DNA of 64,000 nucleotides from Lophium mytilinum. Lineage: Eukaryota. The notes beneath the pieces were generated by a model that did not search any database, had not been told where the DNA came from, and worked only from the letters and a program-made list of their open reading frames with translations. Made by a program: the position numbers and the translations under genes. Shown here piece after piece: positions 1 through 12,858 of the stretch. Position 1 is the first letter of the stretch, and every line of letters starts with the position of its first letter. The DNA is taken from positions 124,001 to 188,000 of the forward strand of contig MU004200.1 in NCBI GenBank assembly GCA_010093605.1, in the 5' to 3' direction.

Positions 1-204
1 ATAGTGAAAGGAGTCGTTGGTGGAAGTTGATGGTGTTCGGGGTCAGGGAGGGATAGCTCGCCGAAGGGTTTCCAAACAAACGCGAAGGGAGTCAACACGA
101 AATGGGACCTTAGTCTGTAGCCCCGACGCAGCTTGGATGCCGGCAGTTCAATGCCTGGGCAGGTCACATCACTTAACGGGAGCCTACGGCATTTGGTGCC
201 CTGA

Positions 205-1113
205 CCCAGCCATGCAAGCCAGAGTCAGAGCCATTTCGAGGGAGGAACTGCAAGATGTCGCCCTATGTACCGCAAGGCAAGCTCACCCCAAGCTATGGCA
301 TGCCATCTTGCTTCTAAGGCCACCCCAAGTCTCGACTATCATTGGCCTGCTATCGAGGAGACTCGCTCTCCTTTTCGCCATCTCTACTCAACCGCCCTGT
401 GGAGGGCTTCCAAACCCCCAAACTTCCAAGGCCAAAGGATCTGGGAAGTAGCCAACCCCAACGCTCTACATCTTGTATACCAATGTAGAAGTACAATTAC
501 AAACCAATGTATTCCTTGGTTTTATTGAGACTGCAATGCATTCACCGGCTTCATTGTGAAGTATGAATACATCAATAAACAGAGACCGGATGGGAAGGGC
601 GGGTTTGATGCCATGAGAGCGATCTCGAAGTTATATGCGGGTAGTGTTGAGCTAGCATCGGACGTTGCAACGCAGAGTCCTATCCTAGAGACTCAGAGCC
701 CTTCCATCGTCAAACCTGGCTCCATTGCGCTCCACCGAGCGACCTCCGGATGTCTATAGCCATCATGGGGAGGTCGTTCCTGCCTAAGCATTGCCGAGAG
801 CTTTCCCACCGTGATTCTGCTTCACGTAGCCGGCTTGGAATACGCAAAATACAGCTATAGACTCAAAAGAAGACTTCAAAAGTCGCCCAAAAGCACTAGT
901 GGAATCAGGCCCTCCATGAGGATTGAAACGCTGCTCTGGGAACTTCGGAATGGGCTGCCTGTCCCGCAAGAGTTTCGCCCACTCCTCGAATTCTTACAAA
1001 AGCCAGACAGCGCCCTAACAGCCCTACAATCCAATGCCATCAAGCCCGCCCGCTCCTCCTACTCCCCCAACTGCGCCGGTGCGCCATGGTGGCATCCACT
1101 ACCTTCACCCTAG
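205..1113 (+). pseudogene. Decayed fungal F-box-like/hypothetical gene
   Basis: ORFs 265-528, 556-759 and 811-1113 share one frame, broken only by TGA (526-528) and TAG (757-759). The translation has 'WPAIEETRSPFRHLYSTAL' and 'NALHLVYQCRSTITNQCIPWFY*DCNAF', loosely like the LPxEIR..IY / ALLxxCRQIxxExxPxFY pattern of fungal F-box-like proteins. Confidence 0.35.
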
Positions 1114-1359
1114 CCCCACCATCCCCAGCCGCCACGAAAAGTTTTAGCTCAACATCTTCACTTCACCCAGAGCCAAAGACCTAGCCTACATAAGGATTTA
1201 TTTTCCAGTCCTCTCTCACCCTTAGGGATCTAGCACCTAGGCGGGCTATGTTGTAGACCAGTGTACGTGTTATTGTACAGTCAGTGGACAAAAGTCTGCT
1301 CCGAGCACCCGACGATTTTTGGTGGGCAACGCACGGTTCATCGGATCAGACTTTTGTCC

Positions 1360-2290
1360 TAGTACTGTATCATGGTACGAGTCATTCTTTGCATATTTGC
1401 CCTGTGATACCGCTGATAGGGGCGAACTTTTGCAGGTTCGACTCGCGGTGAGAACGAGGTCCTTTTCGTCTTTGGGGCGACAGATTTGAGGTTTGGAGAA
1501 GGGAGGATATAGAGAGGGTCAGGAGATACGCTTTTCTCATGCTTTCAAAGTTTCCATCTGCGTCAGTGGTTTTTTCCAGCACGGAACTCCTGCTGCTCCT
1601 GCCACAAGTCCGCCTTTTAAGTTTGCTCTTGTTAGTGTTCGTAGAAGTGTTTAAAGTCCGGACCATCCAACTCCCTCGCCTAACGTAGGTCACAAGAGTT
1701 CCTTTGCAGATGCTACTATCCGATTCTTTTCACTTGTGCTAATGCTTCAAAGCAATACTATATGGAATAAACTTTCTCGGGGACCGTGACCAGGGCAAGC
1801 CTACGTGGATAGGCCCGCCGATCGGGCCGAACCGCCCGATAGCATGAGGTTGATTCGATGCTGAAAGAGGTGTTGGGGTAACTTGTCAGGGCGTAGAAGC
1901 AGTTGGGCCTAGCTTGTTCGAAATCTACGTGTAGGTTCCGGGAGACTTGTGTTATAGACAAGCGGTCGTCACGTGTTCTACGCGTATACTGCTAGCGAGC
2001 GTGCGGCAGCGTTGTCAACGGGTCTCGAATACTTGGTTGTAAACCGTGTGTATTGGTAGAAGTGTTGGAGGGTAAGCCTCCAACACGCTGTAGCTATCTA
2101 GCTGTCCCTACTTCCTGCCTGCCTTCTTGTCCGTAAGTCCGTGCATGCTTGACAACTTGTATACTCATGATCTTATAGTAAATAGGAAGGCGAACTGCAA
2201 AGCGCAAGTACGGGAAGTGGCACGCATAGAAAAGCGGTAGTACTGCGGCCGACAGCAAAGATAACACGTCACGAAGTTCTCAGCACATGG
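1360..2290 (-). pseudogene. Second decayed F-box-like/hypothetical gene
   Basis: One minus frame reads 'CHFPYLRFAVRLPIYYKIM...*...*QYTRRTRDDRLSITQVSRNLHVDF...' with scattered TAG/TAA stops. The region looks mildly TpA-enriched. Confidence 0.25.
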
Positions 2291-4178
2291 AAGGTAGTGC
2301 TTAAGCATCTAATGAGTCTATATCCAGGCGCGTTCAATCGCGGGCAGTGATCTCGAACAGAGTGCAACAGGTTCCATGCAGTCAGAATATATAAGACAAA
2401 TCTGAATACTAGTCAAATCTAACTAAATAAAGAGAGGTCTGATGCTTGATCTAATGCTGCCATTTTAAGGCCCGATAGCCTGCGTATCCTTTATCTCGCT
2501 TGAAAAGTAGCGCGCTATACGTTTTCCAAGTTGCCCTTAATTATTACCTTATCTGCTTCCTAATAAAACCCAACTCCCAGTCGTGCTCTGTCATAGTTAG
2601 GCTTGATTGACTTACTTCTGCTATACGTAACTTCTCTCCTAGCTTGAAGAAATTCCAAGCCCTTCAAATCTGGTCTGAGGTAAAAGGTAAGTCTTGGCAC
2701 TCTGATTGAGGTCCTTGAGGAGCCCCAGAACCCACCAAGACGACCACGGCCGTTAACTGTCCACCAGGCAACACCCTGGAAGCTTCCAGATTGCCTGCCA
2801 CGAGGTGAAGTGAGGCCTTGGCAGGGCTTGGCACTGATTTCCTCTCACTATAAAGGTTTGCCGACCGCCCACCTCCTCCTCTCCTCTACACCTCTTCTTC
2901 ATCTCTTCACCTTCTCTCCTCCTACCTCCTCTGCTCCTGCCTCATCCTCTGCTCCTACTTCCTCTCCTCCTACATCATCCTCAATCGTCACCTCACCCAC
3001 CCCCATTTCACCTCACCTCGACTGCCTCCTCTTCCCACGTCTCGACACATCACAACCCGCCTCGCACACGACTTCATCCGGACTAGGGTGTACAGGGAGA
3101 AGTGGCCCGACCCTCGCGCCAGCTCTACATGCTTTGCCAACTTCGTCAACTTTCTTCTCGCGAGCCTTTTCGCCAGTTGTACAGTCACCGCCGACTGGAG
3201 TTGACTGGCGGGCGGACACCTGGCTTCTTCGAGATAGGGTTTCACACCGGACCAATGCTTTGATGAAAGCTTCACTGATTCATAGCATTGGGGCCATGGA
3301 TCGACACCGTGAAGTGCGAAAGCGCGGCGGCTATTCCAGAAAAAAACGCATGGCGAGCTATTCCAAGACCTTAGTTCAGCATCCCTGCAAAGCAGGCACC
3401 GCTACTATTAATATGGAGAGACGGCTGGCGTAACCTGGTAGAGCGTATAGCATGGATCGGTGGGGGAACTGGGGAGGGGAATTGGGGGAAGATCCGGATA
3501 CGACTTGCTGGCTATCGACAAACCTGGACCTCGACATCCTTCATCGATCGCTCACCGACATCGACTCCTCACTTCCTGGACCCGGATAGGATACGTATAA
3601 CCCCACTAACCAACTCTCTCCCCTGGCGTTATTTGTTGTGTTTGATGGGGATCTGTTTGCGAGCACGCTTACTGGGCATTGGCTTGGATTTCTTTGGGAC
3701 TGTATATAGATCTTCTATGGTTTTAGGGAGGTTTTTCATCTCTGGGGGGTTTGTCCCTGGGGGTTTTCCTTCCGCACAATGGAAACAAACACGAACAACT
3801 ACTTCGGTTAGCTGTGCTTGTGATGCCGTGCGCTGTCTGTGATGGAGAGTCTATGTGAAGTGAAGTACCTGTTCGGCTTGAGGGTCGGTACTTGCTTAGA
3901 GTAGGGAGAAGGATGTTGGCCTTGGTGTTGACATTTATCGAGGAGGCATATGTGGCCGTGGTCGATGTAGACTCTCACCATATAGAAGAAGTACTGAGAG
4001 GAGAAGTAGAGAAGGGTCACACAAGAGGGATAAAGCTACATCGCAGAGAAAGACAGCAGCAACGGGAGGCTTACAACAATGGAAGATAGAATGCACCTTT
4101 TCAAGCGCCTCTTGTGGTAATGTAGAGGCAGAAAGTATACACAAGACCAGAAAATACTCCCACCAATCTCACCACATC

Positions 4179-5605
4179 CTACCCCTCCCGCCTCTCCACA
4201 AACCCCCTCATCCCCATCAGCCCCAACCAAACCGCCTCCTCCGTCCTAATCGTCCGACTGCCCTGCCCCGGCACCAGGTTGACCCACTGATCAAACACCT
4301 CCCCAGCTCTCTCCTTCGTCACCCCTCTTTCCGCAAACTCCTTATCGTTCCCAATCGCCGCCTCGATCCCCGCGACTCCACCAAAGACCAGTAATAGATG
4401 CTGATAATCCGTCGGCAGCGCAGCAGGTTTGTCGTCCTTTGCTGGGGCGAGCAGCTCCGACAGCGCCACGCCCCGTTCCGACGTCCCGATACTGACGTCG
4501 TACCCGCCCTCGAACGAACACTCCGTGAACACGGCGGACAGCGACGCGCACCGCCGCGTGGTGTAACCCCAGAAATACCCCGCCTCTTCGCGGGGGGCAG
4601 CGGGCGAGGTAGCCTCAGCGCTCAAGGCGGCAGGGTTGGTGTAGAGCTCTGAGAGAGCAGGGAACGATGCAGGCGATGCTGCGGAGGCGAACTTGAGCGT
4701 GACGCGGGAATTTGGGGGGATTGAATCCGCAACGCTGACCGGAGAGGGGAAGCCGCAATCGATCAGCGCGCCAGTGGTGCTAGCAGATGACTTCTTACTC
4801 GAGTCCACTTTCGCCTTTTTGGAACTGGGATGGACGGAGGAGGACGTGTTTGGGGATACGACGACGCCCTCGCGATACCGACACCACTCGTCAGCTTTGA
4901 GATGATGCGGCATGTCGAGGCTAGGGAGCGCGCCGGCTCCCCGGAGGCTCGGATGCATGGGGAATAGATACTTGCGGAGGTGCGGCGGGGTTTCGACATA
5001 GGAGAGGATGTGGTAGAGGAACTGATTTGGGTCTTGCCAGGGCTCGTCGTCGGGTCGGATGGGGTGGCCGGGGTTGCGTGGCGTTTTTATAATAGATTGG
5101 CCATCGTCGAAGATAATGACTTCGTCGACGCTGAAGACAGCGCAGGCGCGGGCGATGGTGCCAGCGAGGGAGATCTTGAGTTCGTAGGTTTGTGCGCTGT
5201 GGGGATATTAATGACTGTGATGAAAGCACAACATCAAGGAGAAAGAAGAAGCTTAGAGCGATTGATAGACATATGTTCAATACTTTTTCTAAGGATGAAA
5301 AACCAACATGATCAATCTTTCAAATTGATAATCAGACAGGACACGAACAAGATGGAAAACAGAAGTAAAACGCGCATCTATCTTGAACCTACTTGCTGAT
5401 AACACTCCCCGGCAACGCAATACTTAACGTATGCTCTCTCCCCTTCTTCGGCTGAAAGACAGCAGTCGGCTTCGACGTATCAACGCCACTGGCCGGATCG
5501 CCTTGATGGAGAACGACATTGCGCTTCCTCTTCTACACACTCATTAGCACTTTCTCAGCCCCTCTTCTCTTTTCCAAAATGCCGCACCTTCGTGTTCGTA
5601 GCCAT
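4179..5605 (-). CDS. SPOUT1: SPOUT-family RNA methyltransferase (C9orf114/SPOUT1, DUF171-like)
   Basis: Spliced model: MATNTK|KRKRN...TLSIALPGSVISN|AQTYELK..LAGTIARACAVFSVDEVIIFDD...YVETPPHLRKYLFPMHPSL...IGTSERG...LLVFGG...QGSRTIRTEEA. Introns at about 5533-5587 and 5198-5392. Confidence 0.9.
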
Positions 5606-5826
5606 CTCAATTCCACCCAGCTGTTGTTGATCCGACGCGGCTTGCGACTGACGTTGAAAATATAAATCCGTCGCGCGAAGATCTCAGCACGGCGCGCATA
5701 ACCAGGCACGAACGCGACTTCGCCGCAAACCTCAAATCTCACTCCCGCGCCGCAATCCTTCAAGGCAGCTGTTCTCCAGACAGCCCTCCACCTCCTCTCA
5801 ACCCAATCCACCAAGCGCAAAACACC

Positions 5827-6360
5827 ATGATGGCCGAAAAGGCCCCCCAAACCCCCGCCTACGTCTCCAACGGCGAGATTACCGCAAAACCCCTCAGCGC
5901 CCGTATCTCTGGAATCGCAGACTCAGCGTTCGTCTTCGTGATGCTGTATCTTACGACTCTATTCTCTGTATGTTTTCTCTGTATCTACTATTCGCTTTTC
6001 TGCCTCCTCTATCCCTTATTATCTGTCGCCAAACGCTCTTCTATTATCTCTGCTACCATTTCGCTACCGTCTCCTTTCATATCACCCCACCACCACTCGT
6101 GTAGAGTACTCGCACACGTTCTGACTATGATCGAATAGACCGACACCTACGCCGCCGCCCTCGGCTCCCCCTACCGCCGCTCCACCTCTGCATCTACACT
6201 GCTCCGCCCTTCAGGAGTCCGCGACAATCCTTCGCCTTATGGTCGCCTGACTGGTACACCACGAGGTGGCGGCGGAGGGTCAGGCAACATGGGACGTGTG
6301 AACGGCGACGGAGGAAGTCTGAGGTTGATGGCGAGCACGGGGTGTGGGGCGTGTGGCTAG
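5827..6360 (+). CDS. Selenoprotein K (SelK/SelG)-like small membrane protein, Cys form (~120 aa)
   Basis: Exon 1 5827-5967 (YVSNG...GIADSAFVFVMLYLTTLFS), intron 5968-6138 (GTATGT..CTGAC..TAG), exon 2 with a Gly/Pro/Arg-rich tail ending GNMGRVN...MASTGCGACG*. This matches SelK architecture (YISNG, one TM helix, MGRI, terminal Sec/Cys). Confidence 0.75.
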
Positions 6361-6947
6361 GGAGCCGACCAGAGTGGTGGGATTGAAACCGTAAACCCCT
6401 AAACCCTCGTAGGATGGAGAAGAGAGCGAGGGGCCAATCCTGGCCATAGCCGGCTACGCAAAGTACGAGTATCCCACCTAGCGTCCAATGCGCTACACTG
6501 CACTTTAGGGACTCAATCTTCTACGGTACCGCTGTTCCCTGTGGGCTATTATGGATGGTGCTCAATTGTACTGTACAAGATTTTTATGTATTCGTTTTGA
6601 GGTTTGACCCCCTGGAAGTCTGAGATCATGGCACACACTCGCCCACCGCCTGTCCTGTTGTGCGAGTCTCAACTGGAACAAACTTCTGAAATTTCTCTTC
6701 CTACTTTTCCGCTTTCATGCAAGTGCTATATTCTGCGTTAACGAAGAAGGAGAGTATATAGGGCTAGGGTAGGCTACGAAGACGGGACATCAATGCAACT
6801 CTTCCGTTACCATATCTAGCTTCATTAAAGAGACATGTCATACCAAAGCACCTTTCCATTAGTAAAGACACGTGCACTACTTCATTCGCATGCCCAACAA
6901 ACAACCTACCCCATCCTCGATCCCCTCACTCCACCCTCACTCCACTT

Positions 6948-8654
6948 TCACTCCCCAAAAACCCACAAACTCGTCTGATTCATGAACCCCTTCAACCCCT
7001 CCAACCCCCCCTCGACGCCCAACCCACTCCACTTATGCCCGCCATACGGCACATCAGCCGCAACATCAAAATGCGAGTTCACCCACACACTCCCCGCCTG
7101 CAGCCGTCTCGCCAACCGCTCCCCCCTCTCCACATCCTTACTCCACACGCTCGCGCCAAGCCCGGCCTTCCCGCTATTCGCGCGCGCCACCACCTCATCC
7201 TCCCCGCTCCACTTCAGCAGCGGTACAACGGGGCCGAACGCCTCCTCCACCACGACGCGCGCGTCGTCGGGCGGGTTGTCGATGATGGCGGGCGTGATGA
7301 AGTACCCCTTCTCCGCCTCTACAACGCCGCCAGCGAGCGCGGGGGTGAGGGACTGCGCCGCGATGTCCGCGTACAAGTCCTTGACTTTCTCGAACCTGGA
7401 CACAGCCTGCGTTAGCCAAACCCTACCCAGATCCGGTATTTGGGATTGGGGGAAAAGAAATGCGGAAGACGCACTGCATCGCATTCTGCACCGGCCCAAC
7501 CATAACCCCCTCCTCGAACCCATCCCCCGTCCTAACATTCTCCCTCGTCCACTCAACCAACGCATCACGGAAGTCGTCGTAGATACTCTCATGCACGTAA
7601 AACCGCTTAACCAGCATACAAATCTGACCCGAGTTCAAAAACGCCATCGTCGCCAGCTTCGGCACAATCGCCGCGATATCGACATCCTCACAGATGATGG
7701 CGGGATCGTTGCCGCCGAGCTCGAGCGTCACGCGTTTCAGTGTCTTCGCGCAGCTCGCCATGACGAGTTTCCCCGTCGCGACGGAACCGGTGAAGCTGAC
7801 CTTGTCGACGTCGGCGTGCTCGGTGAGCCAGGGGCCGAGGACGTCGGAGCCGGAGAGGACCTGCACAACACCGGGGGGGAAGATGGACATGGCGAGCTCG
7901 CCGAGCTTGAGGTCGCTGTAGGGGGTGTAGGGGGAGGGTTTCATGATGAAGGTGTTGCCTGTAATCAACGCTGGGCCGATCTGGTGGGAGTGTTAGCAAA
8001 AGCCTATCAAACCCCCTTCTTTTACCCTCTTCCCCTCTTCTCCCTCTCTTTTCATCTCTCTCCCCCTCTTTTATACCGAGAAGAAACACACAAACCCACC
8101 TTCCCACAAGCCAACATAACCGGCCAATTCCACGGCACAATCCCCACCACCACCCCCAACGGCGTCCACGTCCTCCACACCCTCTTCTCCCCATCCCACT
8201 CCCTCGCCACCTCATCCCGCACCTCCATCCCCGCATACGCCCGCAGCCAGTCCACCGCCTTCGCGCACTCCGCCTCCGCCAACGCGAGCGGCTTGCCCTG
8301 CTCCAGCGTCAGCAGCCGCGCCAGCTGCGGGATCTGCGCCTCGATGGCGGCGGCGAAGGCGCGGAGTAGCGCGGCGCGCTCGGCGAAGGAAGTTGCGGAC
8401 CATGGCGGGAAGGCGGCGCGGGCGGCGGAGACGGCGGCGTCGACGTCGGCGGGGGTCGCGACGGGGGTTTCCCAGAGGGCGGCGGTGGTGGAGGGGTTGA
8501 GGGAGTGGCGGGTGGTAAGGGTGGGGACGAAGGCGTTGTTGATTATGTTGCCTGGGTAGGTCTGTGAGGGGGGTAAGGGGTTAGTACTGAGGACAGTAGG
8601 AGTTGTGAGTTGGGGGGTTGAGCGGACCGTGATGTCGAGCTTTTTGATAGCCAT
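6948..8654 (-). CDS. NAD(P)-dependent aldehyde dehydrogenase
   Basis: Motifs IVPWNWP, KPSP, SFTGS, TLELGGND, FLNSGQIC, EEAFGP, PYGGHKWSG. Three introns (8562-8627, ~7982-8099, ~7408-7469). Confidence 0.95.
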
Positions 8655-9758
8655 TTTGGGAGATGGGATGAGAATTGAGGGGGGGATTGGGTTGAGTTGT
8701 TAAGGGTACTTCCTTTACCTTCTTATACCTGGGAAAGCTTGCGCATATGGGTAAGAGCCAGTCGCAAATCCCGCTATTTGGAATATACAGGTAAACGATA
8801 GGGTCAGTGACCGTAACCGTCGGTCCTTATCGTCAGCCTGAACACCAAAGCCCGCCACCATCCTTGACGACTCTCTTCCCCGGTCATGGACGATGGACGC
8901 CTTGTTGCAACTAGGCCTGCTACTGAGTGTTGACAGGTTATATAGAGCACTAGAGGTCGAATGATCGGTGAGATGAGCATGACACTGAATATGAGAAGGA
9001 AATCGATTGGTGCGGTGCTTCCCGCTTACATGGTGCTGTGCTAGAGTTCGGCTTTCGGGGTTTTGGGTCTAAGACAAGAGCACCGCTTGCTGCAATTAAA
9101 TATGACGGTATTGACAAATAGGTCATAATGGCGGTCAGTCTAAACGACCTTTCGGAACTATTACAGGAATTGGTAAGAAGGCGGTAACCATTCAACGGAA
9201 CGGAGGCCTCATTTTGTAGAACAGCTTCACGTGTAGCTAGTCCAATCTGTACAAAAGAATACTCGTTCATTTATTAATTGAAGAGAGAGTAGAGCTAAGT
9301 CGCACATCAGGACTCATCGGCCGAGAAGCCGACCATCGTGAAGTGCAAAACTGCCAAGACACGAGAAAATATCCCACACACCAGCGCCAGCGCCCTCTTA
9401 TAGACTAAGAGAGCGCCCAGCATTTGGTCAAACACAAGTTCGCGGTATGTGGTATCCATATGCCTCCAATGACAAACGAGTTTCCCATTGAACTAAGCCC
9501 ATAAAAATGGGGGGAGACGACGTATACTGAGGAGGGTTCGCAAGGTCCAGGTACGCGCAACGTCGCACGATAGAACCGAGGACAAAGAGAGAAAGGGACT
9601 TGAGTCGACTGGATGATTGGCAGACCAATAGAGTACTCGAAGACAAGAGAGAAGATCGATATTACAGCAACTTACACAAGTTCAAATAGAAAATATGAAC
9701 AAATACCGGGTATATCCTTGAAACGCCTTCCCAAACATTCCTTCCCATGTGGAAAGAC

Positions 9759-12132
9759 TCAAATGCTCGAATTCAGAAGACTCCTTTCACCAAGCCCATC
9801 GCTCTCAAACATACCTCTGACCTGCACTGTTCCCGGAGCATTCACTCCACTACCTTGCCCACCATTCCCAATACCGCTGGCAGCCGTAAGCCCACCACTT
9901 CCAGTCGCTACATACCCACTCGCTCCTAGCCCATCATCCCAAAGGAACTGAGACGGTTGTGTGTCCATACCCCAACCTGTACTCATCCTCCCATCAAGAT
10001 CCAGCCCATTGAGCAAGTCCGCAGGCGGGGGCAAATTGACCCCATTACCACTTGCCCGTCCGGAGTACTGCGGCGCAGACGGAAATACTAGCGTCGGCAA
10101 ATTAGTGGAGAAGTTCTGCCCCTGCTGGCCCTTCACTCCAGATCCATACGACGAGTGCGCCAGTGAGGCATTCACTGGGTTCGTTGGCGGTGCCGCAGGC
10201 GGGAAAGCTGAATACGAGGTTGTTGAGCTTGACGCAGGTGGCAGCTTGAGTGTAGCGAGCGGATCTATGTGAAATTGATCCATTCCGCCCAAATTGTGGA
10301 AATTCAAGTGGCTCGTGATACTTGCTGGCGCGTTCGTACTGGCGCCACCATTTGAGGGGTTCATGTATGATGGATTCGTGTCACCCCATTGGAATTGCAA
10401 GATGTTTCGGCTCAGGGTGATGGGGCTGTACGCCGTGTCGTCTTCGGCTTCGGAGGCGAAGTCATCGAAAGAAATAGGGAACGCGGTCTGGAGCGGCGCA
10501 AGGAGCTTAGGTATTGATGCTGCGGCTGTGTTATTTTGAAGTGAGGGTTGCGCACTGTGAAGAGACGGATCGGAGTTGTTGCTCGACTTTATAGTAACGC
10601 TGTTTGTGGCGACCTTCACCTTCGCACCGACTTGGACATTAGTGCCGGCGTCTTTGTGTTTCTTCTCCTCTTTTGGTTTTAGCTTGAAGCCTGCCTTTGT
10701 GTATTCATCTGGGAAGCGTATTCGGAAACGGTCACGAAGATCAGCAGGTTTTCTACTCTCAAAGCCTAGCTCGGTATCAGATTTGATAGCATTCCAGACG
10801 GGACCGTGTTTATCGAATCCTTTCATTAGCGCGGCGTCATCTTCGTCCGTGAACTCGTGCCGTTCACGCCGTTTGCTCTTCTCAAATGGTTTTTCAATTC
10901 CCATCTCGGCTAGCTCTTGCGCACCTTTACGATGGGTGCCAGAACGCGGCTTTCGTGCTGGTCTTAGATTGGGAGAGCCTAGTGGGGATGACTTTGACAG
11001 TGTCAGGTTTTCCAGGGAAGGCCTATTAGACATCGTAGACGACTTCGACTTCTTCCCGCCCACCTTGCCTGCAGCCCGATAATTGACGTATTCATCGGGA
11101 CAACAGGTTCGAAATCTTGGGTTGTCAGCCATCGTCTTACCAGCCAGTTTGCAGAATGAAGACATACCTGTCCTTCAGATCTACACTCGTCCTTCCCGAA
11201 AAGCTATACTCGTCGCAGTCGAGAATCTTCTTCCAGTTCCCAATACCAAATTTACTCACGCCCTGCAGCAGATCCTTCGTTTCCTGTTCCGTCCATTTAT
11301 TCCTCTTCTTGACATTCGTATTCCCCTGCCCTTTCTCCTCATCAGCGTTCTCTTTCTCACCAGATGGCTCTACTACTAGTGCCCTTGTCTCTTCCCGAGA
11401 ATCATCATGTAAAGCCCTCTCCCCTACAACAGGCACATCCAGAATCACCCGTTCTTCCGCACCCTCCCCAACTCTCGAACCCGCCACCGCCCTCCCCCCC
11501 GTAATCGGCGGAAACAGCCCCGCATCCGGCGGCGGATGATGCAAGCCCTGCAACAGCGGCGGAATCCTCGGCCTGCGCCCTTTCTTCTTCGCCGGCGGGG
11601 GATGCGGCTTCGGAAGCATGAGGTCGTTGTTCAGCACACTCGCCATGCCTCCCGAGCCAGCGATATGCGTGCTCCCATTCTCATGAGCAGCGACATGGCC
11701 ACCACTATACTCGCCCAGCCTAGCACCGCCTCCAGTAGCATTGTCAGTGCCAGAAAGGATCGTGGTAGAGGACGTGGAAGCAGGCGGACTCTCGACTCTC
11801 CGCTTCTTTCGAGGCCCAACGTTCCCGACGCCTCCGTCGAGTAGGATGTCGCCTAGCCGCCCGCTGAAGCCGCCTATTACTCCGGTGCTGGAGTCGCCGT
11901 TCGGGCCTCTGCTGCCGTCGCCGTCGAAATTGAGGACTTCGGTCAGGGGAATTGTGCGTCCAGCCCTTCTCTTCGGCGGGCTCGGGAGCTGTATCCGTGG
12001 GAGAGTGTCATTTTGCCTGGACTGACTTTGGTCTCCGTGGTTTGATTGGGAGAGTAAGGGAGGATCGAGCAGGAATGAAGAGGCAGGGTCGCCGAGTAGG
12101 GAAGCAATTCGAGGCTCCATCCGCGGTGTCAT
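9759..12132 (-). CDS. Double Myb/SANT telobox-type DNA-binding protein (Tay1/Teb1/TRF-like)
   Basis: Myb1 KKRNKWTEQETKDLLQGVSKFGIGNWKKIL...RTSVDLKDR|FRT, with an intron at ~11116-11168. Myb2 RHEFTDEDDAALMKGFDKHGPVW...DLRDRFR. Start is ATG 12132 or 12120. Confidence 0.8.
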
Positions 12133-12858
12133 CACGGCGTCGTTCTCGTGAGAGGGGTTCGATTTAGGTGGGGATGTCGTGCCATCTGCCGCAGAACCAT
12201 CAGGATGTGTTTTTGAGAAGCCGGGATGTGCTGGTTGGCGAAGGAGGGGATGGGGAAGAATGAGCAGCCCTCGACGAAAGAGATGTCGTTCAGGTTTTTG
12301 CCAAGGCAATAGTCACGTGGCTGTAGCTTTATTTCGACATCAGCGTTCTGTACTTTCTTCTCACTCCTGAATGAATTGAGACGTGTACATCTAGCATGAA
12401 AAACATTCACATTCATATTATTAAGTGGGTGAATGTCAATTTTGTCTATGGTATAAGTGCACAGTGCTATGTATGCTAGGGTCCAAAGCCGAAGCCAAAA
12501 TCCAAAGCCAGGCCAGCCGTCTATTTTCGCATTGGAAAATCCACATGCAGGAACGCCCGCAAAAGCGCCAAGGAGCAAATGTCGGAAGCCAAATCGTTGA
12601 GTGGGGAGAAAGCGGCAAGCAGAAGAGGCAGAGGACAAACCACCGACTAAAAATCCTCATCCTCACTCCACTCCTCAAACAACCCGTCACCATCATGATG
12701 CAAAAATAAGAAAAGTGCCATAGTCATAACAGTAGCCGTAGCTCTCCTGCGCAGACGCTGTTTACTTCGAGTAATTCCGATCTTAAAGCTACGGTGACGT
12801 CGGAAACGCGGCGGATGGAAAGAGCGAGCTTCTATAGTCCCATGTTAGTGCGGTGCGA

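Noticed and set aside
2810..3433. 207-aa Ser/Pro-rich ORF
   Set aside because: GTG start, low-complexity CT-rich sequence, no coding signature; more likely the reverse of a decayed acidic tract.
6392..6407. Telomere-like AAACCCCTAAACCCT
   Set aside because: Only two imperfect units; expected by chance.
6340..6700. Possible selenocysteine recoding or SECIS element for the SelK-like gene
   Set aside because: Cys codons are TGT and the stop is TAG; there is no in-frame TGA to recode.
6982..8559. 525-aa plus-strand ORF
   Set aside because: Antisense shadow of the GC3-rich ALDH gene; no recognisable motifs.
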